Part shown: positions 1 to 10,353 of the stretch, one piece after another
Layout of the letters: every line of letters begins with the position of its first letter
Numbering within the stretch: position 1 is the stretch's first letter
Origin: an uncultured Rhodobacteraceae bacterium
Lineage (GTDB): Bacteria > Pseudomonadota > Alphaproteobacteria > Rhodobacterales > Rhodobacteraceae
Direction of reading: 5' to 3'
DNA length: 64,000 bases
Assembly: GCA_965662745.1 (NCBI GenBank)
Contig: CBFIJK010000006.1
Coordinates: 1,496 to 65,495, forward strand
Made by a program: the position numbers and the translations under genes
Notes under the pieces: model-generated
Databases searched by the model: none
Seen by the model: the letters and a program-made list of their open reading frames with translations, nothing else
What the model was told of the DNA's origin: nothing

Positions 1-1
1 G

Positions 2-748
2 CGGTCCTGGCACCTGCTCTACGATTTCACGCCCGAGGCCTATGCTTCGGCCAAGACTTTGCTCGAGCGCGCTCTTGCGATCGACCCGGAAAGCGCCGAG
101 TCCAACATGGTCCTGTCGCTGATCAACCACCACATCGCCATTCTGGGCTTCGCCCAAGACCCGGGCCCTTCGATGGAAGCGGCTTACGCCCTTGGCCGTC
201 GCGCCACGCAGCTCGACGACCGCAACGAGTATGCACATTGGGCGCTTGGCATCAGTTGCTGGGGGTTGCACCGGCTTGATGAAGGGATAGCGGCCTTGGA
301 ACGTGCGGTCGAGTTAAACCCCAACTGCTCGCTCGCTTACGGCAACCTCGGCACCGCTCTCGCCATCGTCGGCCGGGCAGAGGAAGCCATCGCGAACCAA
401 GAAATCGCGATCCGGATGAACCCTCGTGATCCCAGCATCTTCTTCCGCTTCTCGGGTCTGGCGCTGGCCCATTACACGGCGGGCGACTACGACGCGTCGA
501 TCCACTGGGCCGAACACGCCATCCACCGCATGCCGCGCTGGTATCTCGCGCATTTCCTGTTGGTGGCAAGTCACGTCGCACTCGGGCGACCCGAACCGGC
601 GCGTGCCGCAGTCGCGGCCGCCCGAGATGTTCTGCCCGACATTTCTGTCGCAGATGCCAAGCGAATGCCGCTGAGGGACCCAGCGAAGATGCAGGAGCTT
701 CGAGACCGGCTTTGTGCTGCGGGATTTGCGGCGGAGCCGCTAAGCTGA
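2..748 (+). CDS. tetratricopeptide-repeat (TPR) protein, C-terminal part; 5' end lies outside the window
   Basis: The reading frame is open from the window edge (RSWHLLYDFTPEAYASAKTLLERALAIDP...). Repeated TPR-like A/L/Y/G spacing is visible (ALELNPNCSLAYGNLG, AIRMNPRDP). Confidence 0.6.
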   Translation, partial: RSWHLLYDFTPEAYASAKTLLERALAIDPESAESNMVLSLINHHIAILGFAQDPGPSMEAAYALGRRATQLDDRNEYAHWALGISCWGLHRLDEGIAALERAVELNPNCSLAYGNLGTALAIVGRAEEAIANQEIAIRMNPRDPSIFFRFSGLALAHYTAGDYDASIHWAEHAIHRMPRWYLAHFLLVASHVALGRPEPARAAVAAARDVLPDISVADAKRMPLRDPAKMQELRDRLCAAGFAAEPLS

Positions 749-854
749 CATTCGAACAGCGTGCAGCGAATGACCGGAATCCGCCCACTCTGTAGAAAAA
801 CTACCGTTTGCGGGCGCAGAAATAGCTGTTCCAAATCCGGTGCGCGCGCCTTTC

Positions 855-1937
855 CTATCGAGCTTTGCGCATTTGCTGCGGTGCAGGAAAGATCTTCGCC
901 AGTTTGCGTAGGTTCTGGGCGGTGGCGGCGAGGAGGAATTCGTCTTTTGCGCCGCATGGACCACGTAATCGGAGCCGCCCCAAGCCAAGGATGCGTTTGA
1001 GGTGCGCGAAGAACATCTCGACCTTTTTCCGGAGCTTCACCGAGATGGCGTATTGTCTGGTCTTGGCGATGTCGCGAGCGACCTGGCGGGCATCTTCGTG
1101 TTCTTCGCGGGTGATGGAGCGGAAATCGGCGTTTGGACAGCATCGTGACTTCGAGGGACAGGCTTGGCAGGTGAGCTTCAGGCAACGGTATTTTGCGACG
1201 CCCTTGCCGGTTGGTCCCCGGTTCGGGTCGGAGTAGTTCCGGCGAAACTGCTTTAGCTCATGGCCCTCCGGGCAGATGAATTGGTCGTTCTCGGCGTCCC
1301 ACTCGAAGTCTGCCCGCGTCCAGGTGCCATCGTTGCGCCCGGACTTGTCGAAGACCGGTATGTGCGGCGCGATCTTGCGGTCGACCAGCCAGCCCAGCAT
1401 CGGCCCGGTGCCATAGGCCGTATCCGCGATCAGGCGTTCGGGGTGCAGGTCGAACCTGGTCTTCACCCGTTCCAGCATGGTCCTGGTCGATCCGACCTCT
1501 GCCTGCCGGACAAGCCCGGTCGCCTCGACATCAATGATGACGCCATGGTCCGTGTCGATCAGGTAGTTGTCGGAATAGCTAGAGAATGCCGGCCCTTCAC
1601 AGGCCGCACCCACTGGCTTGCCGGGTCAGAATGCGACGTGAAAACGGGCTGGACCTTGCTTGCCGCACCGAACGCGGCCTCGTCCAGCGTGTCAAGATAC
1701 TCGCGCGGGGCGCGTCGGCGGGGTCGATCTGCCTCGCATCCCAATCCTCATTCGGAGTTGAGTTCTGCTTATTTGCATCCGCCTCCCCTCTCGGCACATT
1801 GCTCCGCAATGCCCTGCCAGGCAGCGGATCAGGCTGGCATCGATGGCCATGCGCTGGCCGCTGACGAGGCCTTCCTCGATGCACCGCGCAACGGTCGTCT
1901 CGAACAGATGCCCCAGAAATTCGCTGTCGCGGTTCAC
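855..1937 (-). pseudogene. IS1182-family (IS5 superfamily) DDE transposase remnant, 5'-truncated with at least 3 frameshifts
   Basis: The C-terminal part is intact (YSDNYLIDTDHGVIIDVEAT...FAHLKRILGLGRLRLRGPCGAKDEFLLAATAQNLRKLAK). The upstream parts are spread over three other frames (FLGHLFETTVARCIEEGLVSGQRMAIDASLI / ADANKQNSTPNEDWDARQIDPADAPR / EYLDTLDEAAFGAASKVQPVFTSHSDPASQW). About the first 100 aa are missing. Confidence 0.8.
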
Positions 1938-2665
1938 ATACGGGAGCCCAAGACTTCACGCTCTACCGCTGAGACCGCACACGTTCTTAGTGACTTCGAG
2001 TGGCGTTCATGTTCACTGAGCGTGATCACCTATGCACGGTGTTTTTTCTCCTCCGATCAATGTTTATTGGAAAGGCATGCTTATCCATGCACGTTTTCCA
2101 ACAAGATTGAAAACGGATCGACCAGCAAAACGATCCTCATGTGACAGGACGACGGCAAGGTCTGGATAGCCCCTAGCCACGTCCACACCTGCCTTGTTCA
2201 GCCCATGATGTCCAATCTCAAAATCTAAGGGCTGCAGCGTTGCGTGGTTCGTGTTTTTGCGCATCAGATTGTAAGACAACACGATGTACGCGAGCACGTC
2301 TTGCCTGGCGGCGTCGCGTGTCGTGCAGCTGGCCAGTCATGAGGGAGCTGACTATCCGGTGAGACCGAAGGCTAAGCAATGTAAGCGGATTGGAGGATTG
2401 GAGTGGGGCCTACGGCTCGCGGCGCCTCGGCGCGTGGCCGATCCGATGTACTTCGCCAAGCTTGCACCGGAATTGAAGTTGGACAGTGCTAGACCGCAAA
2501 TCGACGCGTGTTTGGAGCACTAACTCGCAACGAGAGACGAGTAATTGGCCGACATATTCCGGCAAGCTCCAGAGCGGTCGCGGTTTCGATGGGGGACAAA
2601 CTGGGGGACACGAAAAACTCTTACCTGAAAAGTATCAACCAAAACAGGTATATGCTCAACAATAG

Positions 2666-2755
2666 TGGCGGAGACGAAGGGATTCGAACCCTCGAGACCC
2701 TTCCGGGCCTACTCCCTTAGCAGGGGAGCGCCTTCGACCACTCGGCCACGTCTCC
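2666..2755 (-). tRNA. tRNA-Ser (anticodon GCU), 90 nt including encoded CCA
   Basis: The reverse complement reads GGAGACGTGGCCGAGTGGTCGAAGGCGCTCCCCTGCTAAGGGAGTAGGCCCGGAAGGGTCTCGAGGGTTCGAATCCCTTCGTCTCCGCCA. It has a 7-bp acceptor stem, an anticodon stem CTCCC/GGGAG with loop CT-GCT-AA, a long variable arm, and a GTTCGAATC T-loop. Confidence 0.93.
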
Positions 2756-2821
2756 GCTTGCCCGTTTATCGACCGGGATCGGGGTGGGCAAGGAGAAACT
2801 GGCGTGCGGGATGGCCCGAAT

Positions 2822-3493
2822 TCAGACCAGTTTCGGGGCACCGGGAAGCGGCACGCTTTGGGCGACCTTGTCGGCCAGGTCGAGGCTGAAGCGGGCGATG
2901 AGCGCGTTCTCGAGGGCCTTGTTGCGGGCCATCAGGCGCTTGAGGTCGGTGACCTGCCAGACGATGTAAAGCGTGCCCGCTGGCAGGATGACCGAGGCGC
3001 TGGCGCTGCCGCCGCGCAGGAACATGATCTCGCCCAGAAAGGACGGGCCCGCCGCGTCGTAGCGGGTGCCGCGTTTCTCGATCCAGAAGGTCTTTCCGTC
3101 GACATAGAACAGCTGATCGGACGCCGAATCCTCGCGCAGGATTTCGCGTTCGGTGTCTGCGATGTGCCACAGGCCAAGACGATTGATTCGGCGGAATTGG
3201 CCGGGCGACAGCGTACGGAATTGCTCGAACAGGGTTTGATCGCGCTTGGTCATCCCGAAGGTCGTACGCTCCAGCAGAACGAAGACGACGAGGACGAGGT
3301 TCACAAGGACCAGAAGCGCATTGGTGCCGACGGAGATCCAGATCGGCTCAGCCCGAAGCGCGTAGAAGGCGATGTCGAAACACAGACCCGCGCCGACGAC
3401 GACGCGCAAAGCAAGCTCGTCGCGCAGGGTAAAGCCGAGCACCTGAAGCCCGAGACCGATCATTAGAAGCAGGAAGAGTGGATCATCGGTCAT
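2822..3493 (-). CDS. membrane protein with C-terminal cyclic-nucleotide-binding-like domain
   Basis: The N-terminus has about 3 hydrophobic helices. The C-terminal part has a cNMP-binding-like pattern (GPSFLGEIMFLRGGSASASV). The ATG at 3493 is preceded by AAGGA; the ORF track starts earlier, at a GTG at 3514. Confidence 0.55.
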   Translation of the reverse strand: MTDDPLFLLLMIGLGLQVLGFTLRDELALRVVVGAGLCFDIAFYALRAEPIWISVGTNALLVLVNLVLVVFVLLERTTFGMTKRDQTLFEQFRTLSPGQFRRINRLGLWHIADTEREILREDSASDQLFYVDGKTFWIEKRGTRYDAAGPSFLGEIMFLRGGSASASVILPAGTLYIVWQVTDLKRLMARNKALENALIARFSLDLADKVAQSVPLPGAPKLV

Positions 3494-3679
3494 TTGGTTA
3501 TCCTTCTGCGCCACGCTGCGTTTTGCGCAGGTTAGGCCAAGGCTCCTGCCCGCTTGAAGCGGTTTCGCGCCAGTGCGTTACGACGCGGGCGGGCTGTGGC
3601 GTGGATGCGGCGGTGGAGGCACTGTAGAGGCGTGCGGCTGACGTCCGGATTCAGATGATCGCGCCGCTTCTGTGCAGAC

Positions 3680-4777
3680 CTATGCGTTGAAGAGAAAGTG
3701 CAGAACGTCCCCGTCCTTCACCAGATAGCTCTTGCCCTCGACCCGCATCTTGCCAGCATCTTTCGCGCCTTGTTCGCCGCCCGCTGCGATGAAATCATCG
3801 TAGGAAATCGTTTCGGACCGGATGAAACCCTTTTCGAAATCGCCATGGATCACACCGGCGGCCTGCGGGGCCAGTGTGCCCTCGCGGATCGTCCAGGCGC
3901 GGGCTTCCTTGGGGCCGACTGTGAAATAGGTCTGGAGGCCCAAGAGCTCGTATCCCGCGCGGATCAGGCGGTCGAGACCGGCCTCTTCCAGACCGAGTTC
4001 CGACAGGAACATCTCGGCCTCGTCGGCGTCAAGCTGGCTGATCTCTTCCTCGATCTTGGCCGAAATCACGACGCAGGCGGCGCCCTGCCGCTCGGCCATT
4101 TCGGCCACGGCGGCGGAATGGGCGTTGCCCGATGCCGCCTCATCCTCGGCCACATTGCAGACGTAGAGGATGGGTTTGGTCGTCAGCAGCTGCAGCATTG
4201 CCCAGGCCTTGGCGTCTTCGAACGACACGTCGACAGTGCGGGCTGGCTGGCCGTCTTCCAGCACCTTGCGCGCCTCATTCAAGAGGCGCTCTTGCTGAAC
4301 CGCCTCCTTGTCGCCGCCGCGCACCTTGCGGACGATGTTCTGCAAGCGCTTTTCGATGGATTCAAGATCAGCGAGCATCAGTTCGGTCTCGATCGTCTCG
4401 GCATCGGCCACCGGATCGACGCGGCCTTCGACATGGGTCACGTCGCCGTCCTCGAAACAGCGCAGCACATGGGCGATGGCGTCGCATTCGCGGATATTGG
4501 CGAGGAACTGGTTGCCCAGCCCTTCGCCCTTCGAGGCGCCTTTCACGAGGCCCGCGATATCAACGAAGGTCATGCGCGTCGGGATTACCTGCTTCGACCC
4601 GGCAAGCCCCGCCAGTTCCGACAGGCGCGGGTCGGGCACGGCGACATCGCCGACATTCGGTTCGATGGTGCAGAAGGGAAAGTTCGCGGCCTGCGCCGCG
4701 GCCGTGCGCGTCAGCGCGTTGAACAGCGTGGATTTGCCAACGTTCGGCAAGCCTACGATCCCGGTCTTGAAACCCAT
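3680..4777 (-). CDS. ychF: ribosome-binding / redox-regulated ATPase YchF
   Basis: The N-terminus MGFKTGIVGLPNVGKSTLFNALT carries a P-loop. The 365-aa protein has a TGS-like C-terminus (KGFIRSETISYDDF...YLVKDGDVLHFLFN). Confidence 0.95.
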   Translation of the reverse strand: MGFKTGIVGLPNVGKSTLFNALTRTAAAQAANFPFCTIEPNVGDVAVPDPRLSELAGLAGSKQVIPTRMTFVDIAGLVKGASKGEGLGNQFLANIRECDAIAHVLRCFEDGDVTHVEGRVDPVADAETIETELMLADLESIEKRLQNIVRKVRGGDKEAVQQERLLNEARKVLEDGQPARTVDVSFEDAKAWAMLQLLTTKPILYVCNVAEDEAASGNAHSAAVAEMAERQGAACVVISAKIEEEISQLDADEAEMFLSELGLEEAGLDRLIRAGYELLGLQTYFTVGPKEARAWTIREGTLAPQAAGVIHGDFEKGFIRSETISYDDFIAAGGEQGAKDAGKMRVEGKSYLVKDGDVLHFLFNA

Positions 4778-4879
4778 GATGCACCTATCGGAAATTGCCC
4801 GCCGCTCATATCGGCGCAGGCGAGGACTGACAAGGCGCGGCTTGGTGGTAGACTGCTCGCATCAGCGGGGGAGACTGAC

Positions 4880-5302
4880 ATGAAACCGATTCCATACGTC
4901 TTTTTTCACGGCAACTGCCGCGAGGCGGTCGAGGCCTATGGCCAGATTTTCGGAAGCGCGCCGCAGATCATGACGCTGGGGGACATGCCGCCCGAGGCGC
5001 GCGAAGGCATGCCGGACGTGCCCACGGACGCCGTCATGCACGCGATTGTCAGGGTCGGGAACGGGATGATCTATGCCAGCGACGATCCGTCCGAAGACGC
5101 GCCCCAGATGGCAGGCTGCAGTATCGCGCTGGAACTTGAGGGCGAGGCCGAAACCCGCCGTGTCTGGGACGCGCTCGTGGAGGGCGGCGAGGTTCGTATG
5201 CCACTTGCGCCGACCTTCTGGACACCGCTCTTCGGCACGCTCAGCGACCGGTTCGGCAAGCGCTGGATGATCATGACCGCAAGTGGGAACGGCGGCGCTT
5301 GA
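4880..5302 (+). CDS. VOC/glyoxalase-fold protein (PhnB/YjdN-like)
   Basis: The sequence MKPIPYVFFHGNCREAVEAYGQIFG...HAIVRVGNGMIYASD...FWTPLFGTLSDRFGKRWMI is typical of the PhnB-like family. This gene is the internal ATG of a long shadow ORF. Confidence 0.7.
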   Translation: MKPIPYVFFHGNCREAVEAYGQIFGSAPQIMTLGDMPPEAREGMPDVPTDAVMHAIVRVGNGMIYASDDPSEDAPQMAGCSIALELEGEAETRRVWDALVEGGEVRMPLAPTFWTPLFGTLSDRFGKRWMIMTASGNGGA

Positions 5303-5353
5303 TTTCCGTCTGGGCATGCGGCACATCGGTCGGGCTTTAGAGATAGGTAGCCC

Positions 5354-6145
5354 ATGTCCCGCATCGACGCCAAATTCGCCGCCCTCAAGGACGAGGGAAA
5401 GAAGGCCTTCGTCGCCTACATGATGGCGGGTGATCCCGATTATGACACGGCGCTCGAGATCATGCAGGGCCTTCCGGGCGCAGGCGTCGACGTGATCGAA
5501 CTGGGTCTGCCGTTCACCGATCCGATGGCGGACGGCTCTACCATCCAGCTGGCCGGGCAGCGCGCACTGGAAGGCGGGCAGACACTGGAAAAGACGCTAG
5601 AGATGGCGCGCCGCTTTCGCGAGGGCGACGATACCACGCCAATCGTGCTGATGGGCTATTACAATCCGATCTATTCGCGCGGCGTGGACCGGTTCCTTGC
5701 CGACGCAAAGGCGGCCGGGATCGACGGGCTGATCATAGTGGACCTGCCGCCCGAGGAAGATGACGAGCTGTGCATCCCCGCGCAGGCGGCCGGCCTCAAT
5801 TTCATCCGCCTCGCCACGCCGACGACGGATGACAAGCGCCTGCCCAAGGTGCTGCAGAATACATCCGGCTTCGTCTATTACGTCTCGATCACCGGCATCA
5901 CCGGCGCGGCCGAGGCGCAGGCGGCGGATGTCGCGCCCGAGGTCGCCCGCATCAAGGCCAAGACGGACCTACCGGTGATCGTCGGCTTCGGCATCAAGAC
6001 GCCCGAGGCCGCTGAAAGCATCGCAGGAATCGCCGATGGCACGGTCGTCGGCAGCGCCATTGTGGCGCAAATCGCCGAGGGCAAGCCGGTGGCAGAGGTC
6101 CTGACCTTCGTCGCCTCTCTCGCGGACGGCGCCCATCGCGCCTGA
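5354..6145 (+). CDS. trpA: tryptophan synthase alpha subunit
   Basis: Contains [49 protein letters not shown] and [10 protein letters not shown] motifs; 263 aa. Confidence 0.93.
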   Translation: MSRIDAKFAALKDEGKKAFVAYMMAGDPDYDTALEIMQGLPGAGVDVIELGLPFTDPMADGSTIQLAGQRALEGGQTLEKTLEMARRFREGDDTTPIVLMGYYNPIYSRGVDRFLADAKAAGIDGLIIVDLPPEEDDELCIPAQAAGLNFIRLATPTTDDKRLPKVLQNTSGFVYYVSITGITGAAEAQAADVAPEVARIKAKTDLPVIVGFGIKTPEAAESIAGIADGTVVGSAIVAQIAEGKPVAEVLTFVASLADGAHRA

Positions 6146-6211
6146 GCCGCGCTTGCCCTGCCCCGCAACCGATGCCAGTTTGATCCGGCATCGCGGCGGG
6201 GAGGGCTGCAC

Positions 6212-7024
6212 ATGACACCACAGGATATCGACGGGATTGCGCGGGATCTTTTGGACGCGCGCGCTGGTCTGCGCCAGATCACGCCGCTGTCGGACACCTT
6301 TCCACAATTCACGATGGCGGACGCACAGGCCGTGTCCTTGCGCCTGCGCGCGCTGCGGCTTGATGCGGGCGAGGTGCCGAAAGGCCGCAAGATCGGGTTC
6401 ACGAACAGCACGATCTGGAAGAAATACAACATTACCGGCCCGATCTGGGGCGATGTCTGGGACGACACGCTGGCGTATCTGGATAGCGAAACGGCGACGG
6501 TCGCCCTGCCCCACCTGACCGAGCCGCGCATCGAGCCAGAGATCGTATTCGGTTTTTCCTCGACCCCGTCTGCAGATATGGACGACGCCGCGCTGATGAA
6601 GACCATCGACTGGGCCGCTCATGGGTTCGAGGTTGTCTTCTCGCCCTACCCCGGCTGGCGCTTCGTCGCGCCAGATTGCATGGCCGGGTTCGGATTGCAC
6701 GGCAAACTGTTCATCGGGCCACAGCACGAACTGGCAGAGCTTGGGCCTGATCCCGTCGCCACCCTGTCGGCGCTGACCTGCGATCTGTATTGCGGCGAGA
6801 TGCTGATCGGCACGGGTCGCGGTGAATACGTGCTCGGAGGTCCGGTGCAGGCGCTGCGCTTTTTGTTGGACGCGATCCAGGGCACCGATCACCCACTGAT
6901 CCAGCCGGGCGACGTGGTCACAACCGGCACGCTTCTCGACGGGCATGAAATGCAGCCGGGCGAGACGTGGCGCACCCAAATTCACGGCGCGCCGTTCGAG
7001 CCGCTGACCGTCACGTTCACCTGA
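6212..7024 (+). CDS. 2-keto-4-pentenoate hydratase / 4-oxalocrotonate decarboxylase-family (FAH-fold) protein
   Basis: The MhpD-like N-terminus (IARDLLDARAGLRQITPLSD...) and the pattern GRKIGFTNSTIW...EPEIVF...GDVVTTGT are present. Confidence 0.6.
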   Translation: MTPQDIDGIARDLLDARAGLRQITPLSDTFPQFTMADAQAVSLRLRALRLDAGEVPKGRKIGFTNSTIWKKYNITGPIWGDVWDDTLAYLDSETATVALPHLTEPRIEPEIVFGFSSTPSADMDDAALMKTIDWAAHGFEVVFSPYPGWRFVAPDCMAGFGLHGKLFIGPQHELAELGPDPVATLSALTCDLYCGEMLIGTGRGEYVLGGPVQALRFLLDAIQGTDHPLIQPGDVVTTGTLLDGHEMQPGETWRTQIHGAPFEPLTVTFT

Positions 7025-7097
7025 GACATTCGCGCCGTTGCGCAGGCCCCGCCGCGCCGCTAACACAAGAAAAAGTCGCCCGAAAAGGACCCGTCCA

Positions 7098-8261
7098 ATG
7101 CCCGTGATCACCGAAATCGAGGACCTTCGCCGCATCTACAAGCGCCGCGTGCCGAAGATGTTCTACGACTACACCGAATCCGGGAGCTGGACGGAACAGA
7201 CCTTCCGCGAGAATTCATCCGATTTCGACCTGATCCGGCTACGCCAGAAGGTGGCGGTGGACATGACCGGACGGTCGACCGCGAGCCAGATGATCGGACA
7301 GGATATGTCGATGCCCGTCGCGCTGGCGCCGGTGGGCTCGACCGGGATGCAATGGGCAGATGGCGAAATCCTCGCCTGCCGCGCGGCGCACAAGTTCGGC
7401 ACGCAGTTCACGCTGTCGACCATGTCGGTCTGTTCGGTCGAGGCGGTGGCGGATGCGGTGAACAAGCCGTTCTGGTTCCAGCTCTATGTGATGCGCGACT
7501 GGGATTTCGTCACCCGCATGATCGAGCGCGCGAAAGAGGCGAAATGCTCGGCGCTGGTGCTGACGCTGGACCTCCAGATCCTCGGACAACGGCACCGCGA
7601 CCTAAAGAACGGGCTGACCGTTCCGATCAAGCCCACCGTTGCGAATATCGCCGATCTGTCGACCAAGTGGTCGTGGATGATGGCGATGGCCAAGACGAAG
7701 AACAAAAGCTTCGGCAATATCGTTGGCCATGTGACCGGCGTCAGCGATCTCAGCTCGCTGTCGGTCTGGGCCGCCGAAAGCTTTGATCCGTCGCTTGATT
7801 GGGAAAAGATAAAGAAGATCAAGGAAATGTGGGGCGGTCCGCTGATCCTGAAGGGCATACTCGACGTCGAGGACGCCAAGAAGGCTCTGAATGTCGGGGC
7901 CGACGCAATCATCGTGTCGAACCATGGTGGCCGCCAGCTTGACGGCGCGCTGTCCTCGATCCGGATGCTGCCGCAAATCCTCGATGCCGTGGGCGACAAG
8001 GTCGAGGTACATCTCGACAGCGGCATCCGATCGGGTCAGGACGTGCTGAAGGCGCTCGCCATGGGCGCAAAGGGCACCTACATCGGCCGCGCCGCTGTCT
8101 ACGGGCTAGGTGCAATGGGCGAGCAGGGCGTGACCCGCGCGCTCGAGGTCATCCATAAGGAACTCGACACAACCATGGCGCTCTGCGGCGAGAAATCCGT
8201 GAAGGACCTGTCCCGCGATAACCTGCTTATCCCGAAGGATTTTGAAGGCGACTGGATGTAG
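7098..8261 (+). CDS. FMN-dependent alpha-hydroxy-acid dehydrogenase (L-lactate dehydrogenase-like)
   Basis: Contains DLRRIYKRRVPKMFYDYTESGSWTEQT, FWFQLYVMRD, IIVSNHGGRQLD and DSGIRSGQDVLKALAMGA motifs. The start is taken at the internal ATG. Confidence 0.85.
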   Translation: MPVITEIEDLRRIYKRRVPKMFYDYTESGSWTEQTFRENSSDFDLIRLRQKVAVDMTGRSTASQMIGQDMSMPVALAPVGSTGMQWADGEILACRAAHKFGTQFTLSTMSVCSVEAVADAVNKPFWFQLYVMRDWDFVTRMIERAKEAKCSALVLTLDLQILGQRHRDLKNGLTVPIKPTVANIADLSTKWSWMMAMAKTKNKSFGNIVGHVTGVSDLSSLSVWAAESFDPSLDWEKIKKIKEMWGGPLILKGILDVEDAKKALNVGADAIIVSNHGGRQLDGALSSIRMLPQILDAVGDKVEVHLDSGIRSGQDVLKALAMGAKGTYIGRAAVYGLGAMGEQGVTRALEVIHKELDTTMALCGEKSVKDLSRDNLLIPKDFEGDWM

Positions 8262-9393
8262 TCCGCGACAGTGCAAGAAGCGCCAGCGGCATCAGTAGCG
8301 TCAGCACCGCGATCCAGCCAAAGGCCGCGCGCAGTGTCAGTGCCTCGCTGATCCACCCCATCAGGGGCGGGCCGATGAAGAACCCGGTGAAGCCAAGAAG
8401 CGAGCAGCGCGAGACAGTGACCGCGCGCTTGCCGGGCGGCGCCAGGCGGCCCGCCAGTGAAAAGGCGAGTGGCGCGGTGACCGACACGCCCAGCCCAAGG
8501 ATGCCGAAGCCGAGATAGGCCATCCACGGCGCGGTCGCGACCGAGGCCAGCGCGGCCCCCGCCGCGCAGACCAGCGCCGCAACGACGATGACCCGGCCCT
8601 CTTTGCCGCGGATCGTCAGAAGGTGCCCGGCAAAGCGCCCGGCGAACATCGTCAGGCCCAGCACCGCGGGGCCCAGCGCACCCTCTGCCGCGCGCCCGCC
8701 CAGCGTGCGTTCGACATGGAGCGCCGACCAACCCTCGGTCGCGTTCTCGGCCAGAAAACCGATCAGCGTGATAATTCCTGTCCAGATGGCAACCTGGTTG
8801 AACCCGCCCATGCCCGAGGGTCCGGTGTCGTCATCACCCGTCTCGACCCGGCTTTTCATCCGCGTCGACAGGCCCGCGACGATCAGCGCGATACCGAGAA
8901 ATACCCAAAGGGGCGCGATCCCCGCCTCGCGCGGGACTGCCATGCTGGCCGCCGCGATGCCGTAGATCAGCGAATATCCGGCGTGGTTGAGGTTCATCAA
9001 GGACCGGCCAGAGGAGGATTCAGCTGCCGCGACGCGGATATTGACCAGCACGTCCAAAAGCCCCGTACCAAGGCCCGCAAAAAAGATCGCCACGACGAAC
9101 AGGGCCACCGATCCAGCCCCCGCAACCCCCGCGAAGGCCACAGCCGCCAAGAGCGCCGCCACAACCGGTGCATTGGCCCCGATGCGCTTGTCGATCGCGG
9201 GTGCGGCCCACATCGCACCGATGGCGCCGATGGCACCTGCCAGCATCGCCGTGCCGAAGATGCCATCGCTCATCCCGAGGCTGGATTTGATATCGGGGAT
9301 GGTCGCGGCAAAGCTGCCCCAGAAGAGGCCGATGGCTGCAAAGCCGGGGAAGGTGCGCGCGCTGAGGCGAAGATCATTGGCAAGACCGGTCAT
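8227..9393 (-). CDS. MFS transporter
   Basis: A 388-aa protein with about 12 hydrophobic segments and glycine-rich helices. Its 3' end overlaps the upstream dehydrogenase gene convergently. Confidence 0.7.
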   Translation of the reverse strand: MTGLANDLRLSARTFPGFAAIGLFWGSFAATIPDIKSSLGMSDGIFGTAMLAGAIGAIGAMWAAPAIDKRIGANAPVVAALLAAVAFAGVAGAGSVALFVVAIFFAGLGTGLLDVLVNIRVAAAESSSGRSLMNLNHAGYSLIYGIAAASMAVPREAGIAPLWVFLGIALIVAGLSTRMKSRVETGDDDTGPSGMGGFNQVAIWTGIITLIGFLAENATEGWSALHVERTLGGRAAEGALGPAVLGLTMFAGRFAGHLLTIRGKEGRVIVVAALVCAAGAALASVATAPWMAYLGFGILGLGVSVTAPLAFSLAGRLAPPGKRAVTVSRCSLLGFTGFFIGPPLMGWISEALTLRAAFGWIAVLTLLMPLALLALSRTTSSRLQNPSG

Positions 9394-9543
9394 TGGCTCG
9401 CTCTGCCCGCTTCGCGCCGCGCGCGCAACCCGTCAAGAAAGGCCTTTTCAACGGGGGTCTATCGGACTATACGCCACGCCTTGTGAAACCCGGGCATACA
9501 CCCTTGGAGGATGCCCGACCAATGCAAACAGGAGTTATGCATC

Positions 9544-10227
9544 ATGGCTGGTGAGATCCCAGATCTGCACGCCACGGAGCGCACGGGGACAGGCAAGGGG
9601 GCCGCCCGGCAAGCACGCCGTGAAAATCTCGTACCGGGAATCGTTTACGGGGGCGGTGTCGATCCGCTGCCGATCAACCTTCCGTTCAATGTCCTCATCA
9701 AGAACCTGCGCGCTGGCCGGTTCCTGGCAACGCTTTACAACCTCAAGGTCGATGGCCACGAGGATGTCCGCGTGATCTGCCGGAACGTGCAGCGCGACGT
9801 GGTGAAGGACCTTCCGACGCATGTCGATTTCATGCGCCTGCGCCGGACGTCGAAGATCGCGCTGTTCATCCCCGTCGAAATCACCGGCGAAGAGAACTGC
9901 CCCGGCATCAAGAAGGGCGGCATCCTGACCATGGTGCGCCCCGAGGTCGAACTTGTCGTGACCGCGGGCGATATCCCCGAGAAGATCACGCTCGATATTT
10001 CGGGTCTCGAGAATATCGGCGACACGGCAACGATCTCGATGATCGACCTGCCCGAAGGGTCCAAGCCGACCATCGACCGTGATTTCGTCATCGCGAACAT
10101 CTCGGCGCCGTCGGGTCTGGCAAGCCAGGCCGATGACGACGAGGAAGACGTCGCTGCGGACGAAGTGCCCACCACGGAAATGGGCCCGCCCGATGACGCC
10201 ACCGAAGGCGATCAGAACGAAGATTGA
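9544..10227 (+). CDS. rplY: 50S ribosomal protein L25 / general stress protein Ctc
   Basis: Contains [26 protein letters not shown]...HVDFMRL and an acidic C-terminal tail, and is followed by pth. Confidence 0.9.
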   Translation: MAGEIPDLHATERTGTGKGAARQARRENLVPGIVYGGGVDPLPINLPFNVLIKNLRAGRFLATLYNLKVDGHEDVRVICRNVQRDVVKDLPTHVDFMRLRRTSKIALFIPVEITGEENCPGIKKGGILTMVRPEVELVVTAGDIPEKITLDISGLENIGDTATISMIDLPEGSKPTIDRDFVIANISAPSGLASQADDDEEDVAADEVPTTEMGPPDDATEGDQNED

Positions 10228-10250
10228 TCGGACCACAATCCGGTTTGCAG

Positions 10251-10274
10251 CGGGGCCCTTCGGGGCCCCGTTTT
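10251..10274 (+). terminator. intrinsic terminator of rplY
   Basis: An 8-bp GC stem with a UUCG tetraloop (CGGGGCCC-TTCG-GGGCCCCG) is followed by TTTT, 24 nt after the rplY stop. Confidence 0.8.
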
Positions 10275-10353
10275 ACATTCGCGGGGTCTTTGGCTATCTT
10301 CACACCCCAGACGCGGCTATCCTTCGGCAGTTACGCAGCAAGGCAGTTCCCGC

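Noticed and set aside
2064-2665. A possible integrase remnant next to tRNA-Ser: ORF 2064-2297(-), and an 'MGDKLGDTKNSYLKS' peptide at 2587(+) that superficially resembles an integrase N-terminus.
   Set aside because: No tyrosine-recombinase motifs (R..H..R..Y) are present. The plus-strand ORF runs straight into the tRNA. The similarity is too short to support a call.
3698-5302. Very long ORFs antisense to or overlapping well-supported genes. Examples are 3698-5302(+), 5969-7135(-), 15823-17532(+), 18311-19876(+), 25411-26520(-), 30153-31517(+), 34800-36107(+), 43023-44444(-), 52350-53456(-) and 53823-54911(-).
   Set aside because: These are shadow ORFs typical of high-GC DNA. Their translations are Arg/Ala/Gly/Pro-rich with no motifs, while the opposite-strand or alternative-frame gene has clear family signatures. 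Only the 3' part of 3698-5302 (4880-5302) is a real gene.
5308-5322. A short sequence shared by the two putative inversion breakpoints: GTCTGGG...CATGCGGC at 5308-5322 and at 15075-15098.
   Set aside because: The match is short (7 + 8 nt), gapped differently in the two places, and in direct rather than inverted orientation. It cannot have mediated an inversion and is probably chance in GC-rich DNA.
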